NCBI GenBank assembly: GCA_019637755.1
Contig: JAHBVC010000001.1
Location: 1,521,104 to 1,585,103 of the forward strand
Source: Anaerolineales bacterium
GTDB taxonomy: Bacteria; Chloroflexota; Anaerolineae; Anaerolineales; UBA11579
Reading direction: 5' to 3'
Length of the DNA stretch: 64,000 nt
Shown: positions 53,777 to 62,165 of the stretch, piece by piece
How positions within the stretch are numbered: the stretch's first letter is position 1
Layout of the letters: each line of letters begins with the position of its first letter
Notes under the pieces: model-generated
Told to the model about the DNA's origin: nothing
The model's input: the letters and a program-made list of their open reading frames with translations, nothing else
Database searches by the model: none
Made by a program: the position numbers and the translations under genes

Positions 53777-55516
53777 ATGGAAACCATGCTGGACAATCTG
53801 GCCATCAAGGGGGTGCCTGCTGCTTCAGGTATTGCAATAGGGAGACCGTGGGTGTACCAACCCCACGCGGCGCGCGTGGAGCGGCGCAGCATCAGTGATG
53901 TAGCGGCTGAGTTGGCGCGGCTGGCGGCGGCCAAGCAGACCGCCAAACAGCAACTGGCTGAACTGCAGCAAAAAACGCTGGCTGAGATCGGCGAGCAGGA
54001 AGCGGCGATCTTTGAAGCGCACCAAATGTTTCTGGAAGACCCCGAGCTGGATAAAGCCATTCACCAGCGCATCGAAAGCCAGCAGATCTGCGCTGAGGCC
54101 GCGGTGGAGGATGCGATCGAGCATGCTGCGGCAGAACTGGCCGCCTTGGAAGACGAATACTTCCAGGCGCGCGCCGTGGACCTGCGTGATGTTGGCCGCC
54201 GCTTGATCCAATTGCTCCTCGGCGTAGATACGCAGCTCAAAGGGTTCCCGGATGAGCCCGTGATCGTTTTCGCCGAGGATCTGACCCCTTCCGATACCGT
54301 GCAATTTGACCGCAGCCGTTTGCTGGCTCTGGTCACCATTCAGGGCGGGCCAACCTCGCACACCGCCATCCTGGCCAATAGCATGGGCATTCCTGCGGTG
54401 GTCAGTGCCCCCTTGGAGCTGGCTCAGGCCAAAGCCGCCGCGCTGGCCATCGTGGATGGGCGCAATGGCGAAGTGATCTTTGCCCCCAGCGAAGCCAAAC
54501 TGGCTGAGATGCACAGCCAGCAGGCCGCCTGGCTGGCCCAGCGCGCCGCCGCACAAACCCGCAGCCACGAGGCCGCCATCACCACCGATGGTCACCAGGT
54601 GGAAGTGGTAGCCAATATCGGCAATGTGCAAGATGCGCAGCAAGGCTTGGAGTACGGCGCGGAGGGCGTGGGCCTGTTTCGCACCGAATTCCTGTTCCTT
54701 GACCGCCATAGTATGCCCACAGAAGATGAGCAGACGGCCGCCTATGGCGCGATCTTTGAGGTACTGCGCGGCAAGCCGGTGGTAGTGCGCACGCTGGATA
54801 TCGGCGGCGATAAATCGGTTGATTATTTGGGCTTCAAAACTGAAGCCAATCCCTTCTTGGGCTGGCGTGCCATCCGCATGATGAGTGAGCGCCCGGATCT
54901 GCTACTTTCCCAGTTCCGCGCCCTGTTGCGCGCCGGCGTGGATACGGATCTGCGCATCATGGTGCCGATGGTCTCGCGCCTCACCGAGGTGGAGCAGGCG
55001 CGCGGCTTGTTACGCGTCGCCCAAGAGGAGCTGGCCAGCGAAGGTACCCCGTTCTGCCAGACGCTGCAGTTTGGCATCATGATCGAAGTACCCTCGGCAG
55101 TACTGGTGGCCGAGCACATTGCCCCACTGGTTGATTTCTTCAGTATCGGCACGAATGACCTGACCCAGTACACCATGGCGGTGGACCGTACCAACGAGCG
55201 TGTGGTCAACATTGCCAGCCCCTTTCACCCCAGCGTGCTGCGTTTGATCAAGCTCACCATCGATGCCGCGCATGCGCAGGGCAAATGGGTGGGGGTGTGC
55301 GGCGAATTCGCCGGCAACCCGCTGGCCGTGCCGTTGTTGCTGGGCATGGGGCTGGACGAGTTCAGTATGTCGCCGGTGAGCGTGCCGGTGGTCAAAGATT
55401 TGATCCGGCGCTTCTCGTTGGAGGAAGCACAGGATATTGCCAGCCGGGCCTTGCGCCTGCCCAAGAGTGAGGCGGTGCAGACCTACTTGCAATCCGTGGT
55501 GAGTGCCAAACAATAA
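53777..55516 (+). CDS. ptsI: phosphoenolpyruvate-protein phosphotransferase (PTS Enzyme I)
   Basis: GVPAASGIAIG..., GGPTSHTAILANSMGIPAVV (active-site His), FFSIGTNDLTQY, and a C-terminal Cys in WVGVCGE. Confidence 0.95.
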   Translation: METMLDNLAIKGVPAASGIAIGRPWVYQPHAARVERRSISDVAAELARLAAAKQTAKQQLAELQQKTLAEIGEQEAAIFEAHQMFLEDPELDKAIHQRIESQQICAEAAVEDAIEHAAAELAALEDEYFQARAVDLRDVGRRLIQLLLGVDTQLKGFPDEPVIVFAEDLTPSDTVQFDRSRLLALVTIQGGPTSHTAILANSMGIPAVVSAPLELAQAKAAALAIVDGRNGEVIFAPSEAKLAEMHSQQAAWLAQRAAAQTRSHEAAITTDGHQVEVVANIGNVQDAQQGLEYGAEGVGLFRTEFLFLDRHSMPTEDEQTAAYGAIFEVLRGKPVVVRTLDIGGDKSVDYLGFKTEANPFLGWRAIRMMSERPDLLLSQFRALLRAGVDTDLRIMVPMVSRLTEVEQARGLLRVAQEELASEGTPFCQTLQFGIMIEVPSAVLVAEHIAPLVDFFSIGTNDLTQYTMAVDRTNERVVNIASPFHPSVLRLIKLTIDAAHAQGKWVGVCGEFAGNPLAVPLLLGMGLDEFSMSPVSVPVVKDLIRRFSLEEAQDIASRALRLPKSEAVQTYLQSVVSAKQ

Positions 55517-55526
55517 AGGAACCAGC

Positions 55527-56366
55527 GTGGCTGCAGATCTTGATCAGCAAGTGATGGAAGACTATCTCGAGTTTGCGATAGGCGCCGCCCGCGAGGCTGG
55601 CGCCCTGTTGCTCGAAGGCTTTGATAAGCAAAACAAAGTAATGCACAAGAGTTCAGCGGTGGATTGGGTCACCGAGTACGACCGCGCCTCTGAGCAACTG
55701 GTGGTGGCGCGCATCACGGCCGCATACCCTACCCACGGCCTGGTGGGCGAAGAGGGTAGCCGCCGTGAGGGGCAAGACGGCTACACCTGGTACATCGATC
55801 CGCTGGATGGCACCACCAACTATGCCCATCATTTTCCGATGTTTGCTGTGTCGATCGCGCTGTATCAGGGGCAAACGCCGCTGGTAGGCGTGGTGTATGA
55901 CCCGCTGCGTGACGAGCTGTTCAGTGCACTGCGCGGGCAGGGCGCCTACCTAACGCGGGGCAGCGAACGCAAGCCGTTGCAGGTGACCCAGGCGCAGGTG
56001 CTGGCTACCAGCTTGCTGGCTACCGGCTTCCCGTATGATTCGCATACCAGCAGCCACAACAACGTCACCGAGGTGGGGGCGTTCGTGCGCCGGGCGCAAG
56101 GCTTGCGCCGGGCGGGTTCAGCCGCCCTGGATATGTGCTATGTGGCCGCCGGGCGCCTGGATGGCTATTGGGAGTTCAAGCTGTTCGCCTGGGATATGGC
56201 CGCGGCACGCCTGGTGGTGGAGGAAGCCGGCGGGCGCTTCACCCAGCCGGATGGCGCGCCGATCGAGATGGTGGAGAAAATGGCCGCCTGCGTGAGCAAC
56301 GCTCACATTCATGCTGAGATGCTGGCGGTGCTGGCCGAAGCGGCCCAGCAGCGCGGCGCAGAGTAG
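55527..56366 (+). CDS. inositol monophosphatase family protein
   Basis: WYIDPLDGTTNYAHHFP, WDMAAA. GTG start with an AAGGA SD 6 nt upstream. The ORF-track start 55503 overlaps ptsI. Confidence 0.85.
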   Translation: MAADLDQQVMEDYLEFAIGAAREAGALLLEGFDKQNKVMHKSSAVDWVTEYDRASEQLVVARITAAYPTHGLVGEEGSRREGQDGYTWYIDPLDGTTNYAHHFPMFAVSIALYQGQTPLVGVVYDPLRDELFSALRGQGAYLTRGSERKPLQVTQAQVLATSLLATGFPYDSHTSSHNNVTEVGAFVRRAQGLRRAGSAALDMCYVAAGRLDGYWEFKLFAWDMAAARLVVEEAGGRFTQPDGAPIEMVEKMAACVSNAHIHAEMLAVLAEAAQQRGAE

Positions 56367-56373
56367 TTTCCTT

Positions 56374-56379
56374 TATAAT
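56374..56379 (+). promoter_or_regulatory. -10 TATAAT, 6 nt upstream of ATG 56386 (leaderless candidate)
   Basis: ttTATAATttttgcATG. Confidence 0.5.
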
Positions 56380-56385
56380 TTTTGC

Positions 56386-56757
56386 ATGCATAGCGCACCG
56401 CACGTCTGCCCGGTTTGCCAAGGTGAGCTGGTCCTCACCCGCCTGGTATGCCGCGATTGTGAAACCGCCATTGAGGGCCGCTTTGAGGCCGGCCCATTTT
56501 CCCGGCTCAGCCCCGAGCAATTGCATTTTGTAGAAGCCTTTGTGCGCAATGAGGGCAAGATTACGCGCATGGAGGATGAGTTCAAGCTCTCTTACCCCAC
56601 CATCCGTAGCCGTTTGCATGAAGTCATCCGCGCCCTGGGATATGAGCCCGGTAAAGACAGCGCGGTTCCACTGACGGAAGAAGAGCGCCGCAGGATACTG
56701 GAAGATCTGGATAGTGGCAAGATCACTTCCGAAGAAGCGATGCGCATGTTGGAATAG
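56386..56757 (+). CDS. DUF2089 domain protein (zinc ribbon plus HTH)
   Basis: CPVCQGELVLTRLVCRDCETAIEGRF...LSPEQLHFVEAFVRNEGKITRME. Confidence 0.8.
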   Translation: MHSAPHVCPVCQGELVLTRLVCRDCETAIEGRFEAGPFSRLSPEQLHFVEAFVRNEGKITRMEDEFKLSYPTIRSRLHEVIRALGYEPGKDSAVPLTEEERRRILEDLDSGKITSEEAMRMLE

Positions 56758-56768
56758 CAATACAAAGC

Positions 56769-56796
56769 AAAATGCTGCCCTTGGGCAGCATTTTTT
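56769..56796. terminator. bidirectional rho-independent terminator
   Basis: AAAATGCTGCCCttGGGCAGCATTTT. Confidence 0.85.
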
Positions 56797-56798
56797 GT

Positions 56799-57086
56799 TT
56801 AACTTTCTGTGCTGGGCTTGCTGGCCGGCTTTTCGCTTTTGCTCTCGCTGGCTGGGCTGGCCTCTTTGCCTTTTTTGCCGTTGCTCGGGGCCGGGCTGGC
56901 CGCCTTGTGGCTCTTATCGGTCACATAGAAGCCGGAGCCTTTGAACACCACGCCCGCGGCGCGGTACACCTTGTGCAGCGCATGTTTGCGGCATTCAGGG
57001 CATACCTTGAGTGGGCTGTCATCAAAACTTTGTTGGCGGTCAAATTCATGGCCGCAGTTGTCACAACGATAGGTATAGACCGGCAT
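56799..57086 (-). CDS. FmdB-family zinc-ribbon protein
   Basis: MPVYTYRCDNCGHEFD...CPECR with a low-complexity Lys/Ser/Pro tail. Confidence 0.85.
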   Translation of the reverse strand: MPVYTYRCDNCGHEFDRQQSFDDSPLKVCPECRKHALHKVYRAAGVVFKGSGFYVTDKSHKAASPAPSNGKKGKEASPASESKSEKPASKPSTES

Positions 57087-57147
57087 AGTTTCAGTGAACC
57101 TTAACGGCGAGATTATAGCCCTGCGAAAGTGGCTTTGCAAGCAGGCG

Positions 57148-58833
57148 CTACGGTTGCAGGTGTTGTTGGGCTTCGTCGCGCCAGGCGGCGGGCATACTGG
57201 CGGCGGGCAGGGTCAGCAGGCTTTGCCAATCGGCCTTGGCCGTGTTGGGCTGGCCCAGGGTTTCCAGCGCGGTGGCACGCCAGTAAAACAACTGGGCGCG
57301 TTGGGCGGCCGCTTTGGCCAGCGGGGCAGCCGCATTGATCTCGAAAAAGGCCGCGCTGGGGCTGCCGGTGGCCAGCAGGGCGCGGCCGAGATAGATGCGC
57401 GCTTCGAACCAATCGGGCGCCCCGCTTACCGCTACGCGGAAATCGCTCAACGCCAGTTCGCTGCGCCCCGCTTCGAGTTCCTGGATGCCGCGATAGTACG
57501 ACGCCGAGGGCAAATTAGCATCCAGCTCCAGGGCGCGCTCAAACGCTTCGCGAGCAAATGATTCGTTGCCGTTCAATTGGTGCGCCAGCCCGAGCAGTTC
57601 CCAGCCGCGCCCATCTTCACCAGCGAAGCCGAGGTAGGTTTGCAGGGTCTGCACTGAGGCTTCGTAATTGCCCAGGCCTTGCTGGGCACTGGCGATCGTA
57701 AGATAGCTTGACAGTAGGGTCAGATCTTGCTGCTGGGCTTGCACGGCGGCCTGCAATGCCTCTTGATACTCCCCGCGCACCAGGTACACCTGGGCGATCT
57801 GTTCCAACACTTGGGCGTTGTTGGGTGCCAGGGCTTCGGCCGCCAAGGCATCCTCCAGAGCACGGTTGGGGTTGGCGCGCTTGAGGTTAAAGGCGGCTCG
57901 TTCCAGGTAACCTTCGATCAGCTTGTCATCCAGCAGCAGGCTGGTGTTTAGATCCGTAAGGATGCTGGCCGTATTGGCATCCTGGGCGATCAGCGCCCGG
58001 GCGCGGCCCAGGTACCCATAGGCAAAGGAGCTATCGGCGGCGATGGCTTGCTCGTATGCTTGCAGGGCCGCAGCTGGCTGGCCCGCCTGCAAGTAGCTCT
58101 GCCCCAGATAGTAGGCAGCATCGGCGGTTTGTGGGTTAGCCGCCAGATAGGCGCTAAACAGCTCGATGGCGCGCGGCCCATTGCCCGCGTCGTAGGCGGC
58201 CAGGGCTTCCTTGAAGGCCGGGTCAGCATGCGGGGTGGCCAGGTAGCGCGGCGTGGCGGTATAGGTGGCCTGCAGCAGTTCTTCAGGATCGCGCGTGGCC
58301 AGTTGGATCTGGCGCGTGGCGGTGGCTTGCGGAGTGGTATTGAGAGTGCCGCCCAGGCTGGGGGTGGCGGTGTTGATAAAACTGGGCAGCAGCCCTTGCT
58401 GCGTGGCGAAGAACACCAGCCAAATGACCGCGATGCCGCCCGCCAGGCTGCCTAGGATCCAGCGGGCAGACCAGGCCGGATCGATGGCGCGTTTTTTGCG
58501 CTTGCGCAGTTTGGGGGCCGCAATCTCGCTGGTTTGCCATTCGCCAGGGTCTTCGGGGATGAAGGCGGGCACGCCTTGCTCGGGGATCTCGGCGCCGAGC
58601 AACTCAAGATCATGCCGGGCAGCGCTGTTGTCAGGGTCGAGGAAGAGCACATTTTGCAAGCAGTAGATGCGCTCCTGGCGTGATTCCACCGCGGTGCTCA
58701 TCAGCAACCAATAGAGCGGCTCGCGATTGTCGGTGCGCAGCAGTGCCAGCAGCAGCTCGCGTGCCCGGGCGGTGTCGCCCGTCTGGCCCGCCTGCACGGC
58801 CTCCTGAAGCATTTGCTCCTTCGTTAATGCCAT
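57148..58833 (-). CDS. TPR-repeat protein with one TM helix
   Basis: Multiple 34-residue TPR-like repeats (AYYLGQSYLQAGQPAAALQAYEQAI...). TM helix WILGSLAGGIAVIWLVFFA. Start at MALTKE (58833). Confidence 0.75.
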   Translation of the reverse strand: MALTKEQMLQEAVQAGQTGDTARARELLLALLRTDNREPLYWLLMSTAVESRQERIYCLQNVLFLDPDNSAARHDLELLGAEIPEQGVPAFIPEDPGEWQTSEIAAPKLRKRKKRAIDPAWSARWILGSLAGGIAVIWLVFFATQQGLLPSFINTATPSLGGTLNTTPQATATRQIQLATRDPEELLQATYTATPRYLATPHADPAFKEALAAYDAGNGPRAIELFSAYLAANPQTADAAYYLGQSYLQAGQPAAALQAYEQAIAADSSFAYGYLGRARALIAQDANTASILTDLNTSLLLDDKLIEGYLERAAFNLKRANPNRALEDALAAEALAPNNAQVLEQIAQVYLVRGEYQEALQAAVQAQQQDLTLLSSYLTIASAQQGLGNYEASVQTLQTYLGFAGEDGRGWELLGLAHQLNGNESFAREAFERALELDANLPSASYYRGIQELEAGRSELALSDFRVAVSGAPDWFEARIYLGRALLATGSPSAAFFEINAAAPLAKAAAQRAQLFYWRATALETLGQPNTAKADWQSLLTLPAASMPAAWRDEAQQHLQP

Positions 58834-58841
58834 TGCGCGTG

Positions 58842-58847
58842 AGTTTA
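58842..58847 (-). promoter_or_regulatory. -10-like TAAACT, 8 nt upstream of ATG 58833
   Basis: Reverse strand reads gcTAAACTcacgcgcaATG. Confidence 0.35.
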
Positions 58848-58884
58848 GCACACGCACTCCGCCTGGACAAGAAAAGGGCTTGGA

Positions 58885-58890
58885 TATAAT
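58885..58890 (+). promoter_or_regulatory. -10 TATAAT, 6 nt upstream of GTG 58897 (leaderless candidate)
   Basis: ggaTATAATcacggcGTG. Confidence 0.5.
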
Positions 58891-58896
58891 CACGGC

Positions 58897-59814
58897 GTGT
58901 TCTCACGTTGTGCACTCCTGAGCTTATGTTTGTGGCTGGCTGCGTGCCAAGCCGCACCTGAGCCGCAGCCCACCCCATTGGCTTCACTGGAAATTACTGA
59001 ATTTGTGCTGGCTACCCCCAGCGCCACGGCGGGCGGCGCGGCTACGCTGGAATTTGTGCCGCCCACGCCCACACCACAAATCTATGTGGTGGTGCCGAAC
59101 GACACCTTGTTCACGATTGCAGCCCGCCTTGAGATCACGCTGGATGCGTTGATGGCTGCCAACCCTGGGGTGGATGCCCGCGCGCTGGCCCCAGGCACCG
59201 AACTGCTGATTCCTTCCGGGGCAATGGCCGCCACTACCCCGCTGCCACAAATCACCCCGGTGCCGGTGGCCGCCCGCCCGCCGCGCTGTTTTGCCAGCCA
59301 GGCGGGCGAGTTGCGCTGTCTGGTGCTGGTGCAGAATGATGGCCAGTTGCCACTGGAGAACGTGACCGGCTATGTGCGCCTGCGCGATGCCAGTGGGAAC
59401 ACCCTGGCGGATGCAGAGGCAGTGCCGCCATTGAATTTGCTGCCGGTGGGCGCGGCTATGCCGTTGATAGCTTCCTTCTCTGTGGCCCCCGCAGGCTGGG
59501 CCAGCGCCCAAGCGGAAATCACTAGCGCCTTTGCGGTGCAAGAAGATCAGGCGCAGTATGTACGCGTGCAGAGTGTAAATTTCAGTTGGGAGGCGACCGC
59601 GCCGGCGGCCCAGGCCGCCCATGTGCGCGGCCGCGTGGAGTTGGCGGGTTCAGCCAGCAGCGTGTGGGTGCTGGCGGTGGCTTACGATGCCGGCGGCGAA
59701 CCGGTAGGCATGCGCCGCTGGGAGAGCGCAGGGCAGACGGAGTTTGATTTCTGGGTCTACAGCCTCGGCCCGCAGATCAGCGATGTGCAGGTGGTGGCGG
59801 AGGCGCATCCGTAG
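58897..59814 (+). CDS. LysM domain lipoprotein
   Basis: Lipobox LSLCLWLAAC. LysM segment YVVVPNDTLFTIAARLEITLDALMAANPG. Confidence 0.75.
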   Translation: MFSRCALLSLCLWLAACQAAPEPQPTPLASLEITEFVLATPSATAGGAATLEFVPPTPTPQIYVVVPNDTLFTIAARLEITLDALMAANPGVDARALAPGTELLIPSGAMAATTPLPQITPVPVAARPPRCFASQAGELRCLVLVQNDGQLPLENVTGYVRLRDASGNTLADAEAVPPLNLLPVGAAMPLIASFSVAPAGWASAQAEITSAFAVQEDQAQYVRVQSVNFSWEATAPAAQAAHVRGRVELAGSASSVWVLAVAYDAGGEPVGMRRWESAGQTEFDFWVYSLGPQISDVQVVAEAHP

Positions 59815-59816
59815 CC

Positions 59817-61034
59817 TTAGGGGCCACCGAATGGCCCAGTGATCAGCGTGAGTGGCAACGGAGTGAACACCAGGAAAAATAACAGAATGGCCAGAATGGC
59901 AACCGCTTTACGCGCCGGGTTGAGTGGGGTCACTTGATCGAGTGGTTCGGCGGATGCACGCCCCAAAAATAGAATCAAAAAGGTCCACACCCACCAGCCT
60001 GAATAAAAGAACCCCAGAATGGCGAGGAGCGCCACGATCACCGGCCACAGGGCGCGCACGCGTTTGCCCAACAGGGCATACAGGATATGCCCGCCATCCA
60101 ATTGGCCTACGGGGATCAGGTTCAACGACGTGACCAGCAGGCCGGCCCAGCCAGCCCAGGCCACGGGGTGCAAAAAGACATCCATGCCGCCCAGGGGGCT
60201 GGGGGCGCCGGTGAAGAGATAGCGCGCCCAGTACAGCAACGGCGGCACGCCAGCGTAGCTCTGTGGAGCCGGCAGCCACTGCCCAAAGACCGCGTATTTT
60301 GAAAGTAGATACAGGATCGAGTTGCCTTCCAGGCTGATTGCATCCCCGGCGGCCACGAAGCGCGGCAACGGTTCAAGGGTGGAGAGCTGCAAGCCCAGCA
60401 GTAGCACCGGGATGGCCACCAGTAGGCCAGCCAAGGGCCCGGCCACGCCAATATCGAACAGCACTTTTTTGTTACGCGGTACCTCTTTGAGTTGAATGAA
60501 AGCACCTAGCGTGCCGAAGGGGCTGAAGGGGGCGGGTAGCGGCAGGAAGTAGGGCAGGCTCACTTCGCTGCCGTGATAGCGCGCCGCTAAGTAGTGTCCA
60601 AATTCATGGGCCAGCAAGATGCTCAGCAAGGCGGCGGCAAACGGCAGCCCTTCACCCAGATGGCTGAACCAGCTTGCCAGGGTGGTGGGTAGCGGCTCCT
60701 CCAACCCGTAGAGCATGCCAGTGTAGAGCATGCTGGCCAGGGTGAGCAGAAAGAAGGCCAGATTGAGCCAGGGGTTGGAGCGGCGCGGCCGCGGCGGAAG
60801 GGGCGTGAGCACCAGTGCATGCTGCTTGCCATCGGCCAGCAAATGTACGCTGAGTTTTTGCGCCTTGAGCGCCGCGCTCAGTTCGCGATGGGCACGTTCT
60901 GACTCGACGCGCAGCTGGCCGTGATAGCGCATCACATAGGGCAACTTGCCGCCGCCCTGAACGACTTGCTCGATGTCCAAATAGCGGGCGATCAGCGGGG
61001 TGATCGTGTCGGTATCGGTATGGGGGGTGTGCAT
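59817..61034 (-). CDS. site-2 protease family (M50) membrane metalloprotease
   Basis: LLAHEFGHYLAARYHG (HExxH) and a downstream GQLDGGH motif. Start at MHTPH (61034). Confidence 0.85.
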   Translation of the reverse strand: MHTPHTDTDTITPLIARYLDIEQVVQGGGKLPYVMRYHGQLRVESERAHRELSAALKAQKLSVHLLADGKQHALVLTPLPPRPRRSNPWLNLAFFLLTLASMLYTGMLYGLEEPLPTTLASWFSHLGEGLPFAAALLSILLAHEFGHYLAARYHGSEVSLPYFLPLPAPFSPFGTLGAFIQLKEVPRNKKVLFDIGVAGPLAGLLVAIPVLLLGLQLSTLEPLPRFVAAGDAISLEGNSILYLLSKYAVFGQWLPAPQSYAGVPPLLYWARYLFTGAPSPLGGMDVFLHPVAWAGWAGLLVTSLNLIPVGQLDGGHILYALLGKRVRALWPVIVALLAILGFFYSGWWVWTFLILFLGRASAEPLDQVTPLNPARKAVAILAILLFFLVFTPLPLTLITGPFGGP

Positions 61035-61036
61035 AG

Positions 61037-61864
61037 TTAGAAAAGCAAGCCGGCCAGTTCTTTGCGGTAGGCGCGGCCCTCCGGGTCCTCTTCGCTCCAT
61101 AGGGTGAGCAGGCCCAAGGCTGCCTTGTGGGCTTGGCCGCCGGCGTAGCGTTTGTTTTGGCGCAATAGCTCCAGCAGGCCATCCATGCCCGCGGCGATCT
61201 GGCCGCGGCCCACCAGGCGTAGGCTGTTGGCGAATATGGGGCTCAGTGCGTCTTCGCTCAGCTCACCGTTGGCGGCATCCGCCATTGCTTGAGCCAGCGC
61301 GGCCAGTTGTTCGGCCTGGGTATACAGCTTGCTGACGGGAAAGTTGCGCAGGATCGGCAAGGCCCCGGCGAAGTCACCGCGGGCGATCTGGCTTTTGGCT
61401 ACCCCGAGCAGCGCAGCGGGATGGTCAGGATTGGTGTCCAGCACTTGGCGCAAGGTTACTTCGGCCGCGTCCCACTCGTGCTGGGCGAGCAAGTGCTCGG
61501 CGCGGCCTACTTCTATGTCCTGGGTGCTGGGGCCGAGGGCCGCCACGAACTCGCGCAGGCGCGCTTCACCAGGGTGGCCCTGGAACTCGGCGACCACTTG
61601 CCCGTTGCGAAAGGCTTTGACGGCCGGCACTTTGGCTGCGCCGAGTTGTTTGGCCAGACGCGGCTGGGCGTCGACATCCAGGCGCGCCAGGCGAAAGATG
61701 TGGCCGGCTTCGTTGGCCAGTTGCCACAGCGCATGATCCAGCCCGCGGCAGGGAATGCACCAATCGGCCGAGAAGCTCAGCACCACTACCTGCTGGCGCG
61801 AATGCTCCAGTACCTGGAGAGGAAAGTTGGCTTCGGTGATCTGAATGACTTCAGGCGTGGACAT
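61037..61864 (-). CDS. thioredoxin-domain / TPR co-chaperone (YbbN-like)
   Basis: VVVLSFSADWCIPCRGL (WCxPC) with a TPR-like C-terminal region. Start at MSTPEV (61864). Confidence 0.85.
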   Translation of the reverse strand: MSTPEVIQITEANFPLQVLEHSRQQVVVLSFSADWCIPCRGLDHALWQLANEAGHIFRLARLDVDAQPRLAKQLGAAKVPAVKAFRNGQVVAEFQGHPGEARLREFVAALGPSTQDIEVGRAEHLLAQHEWDAAEVTLRQVLDTNPDHPAALLGVAKSQIARGDFAGALPILRNFPVSKLYTQAEQLAALAQAMADAANGELSEDALSPIFANSLRLVGRGQIAAGMDGLLELLRQNKRYAGGQAHKAALGLLTLWSEEDPEGRAYRKELAGLLF

Positions 61865-61927
61865 GCAAGTACGTATGCTACCAAAATTCTGTGGCCCTAG
61901 TGGAAAATGGCCGCGCCAGTGCAAAAT

Positions 61928-61957
61928 TTGACATCCCCCAGAGCGGCATGCTAATAT
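61928..61957 (+). promoter_or_regulatory. sigma-70-like promoter (TTGACA-18 nt-TAATAT) upstream of a 5' leader of about 200 nt
   Basis: Read directly. The predicted TSS is near 61964, and the next start codon is at 62166. Confidence 0.5.
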
Positions 61958-62165
61958 ACCTGTGCTGTTTCATCCATTCGATTGATTCTTCGCACTTATT
62001 TGCCTCGGGTTAACCCTGGGCCGGCAACCTGCACTCATTTTGGCTCTACCGAAACAGCATTGAGAAACGGCAACTGAAAACCGGCCGGCGGCTACCCCTG
62101 CTGCCATGGGTTGGCAAGAGCGCTCCAGGTGAGCGCTGTTTGCGTTAGGCAAGGATAGGAGTTGC

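Noticed and set aside
61958-62165. T-box or known riboswitch upstream of the cysS-containing unit
   Set aside because: I looked for the T-box core, a specifier/GA motif and common riboswitch cores and found none. The region is kept only as an unclassified structured leader.
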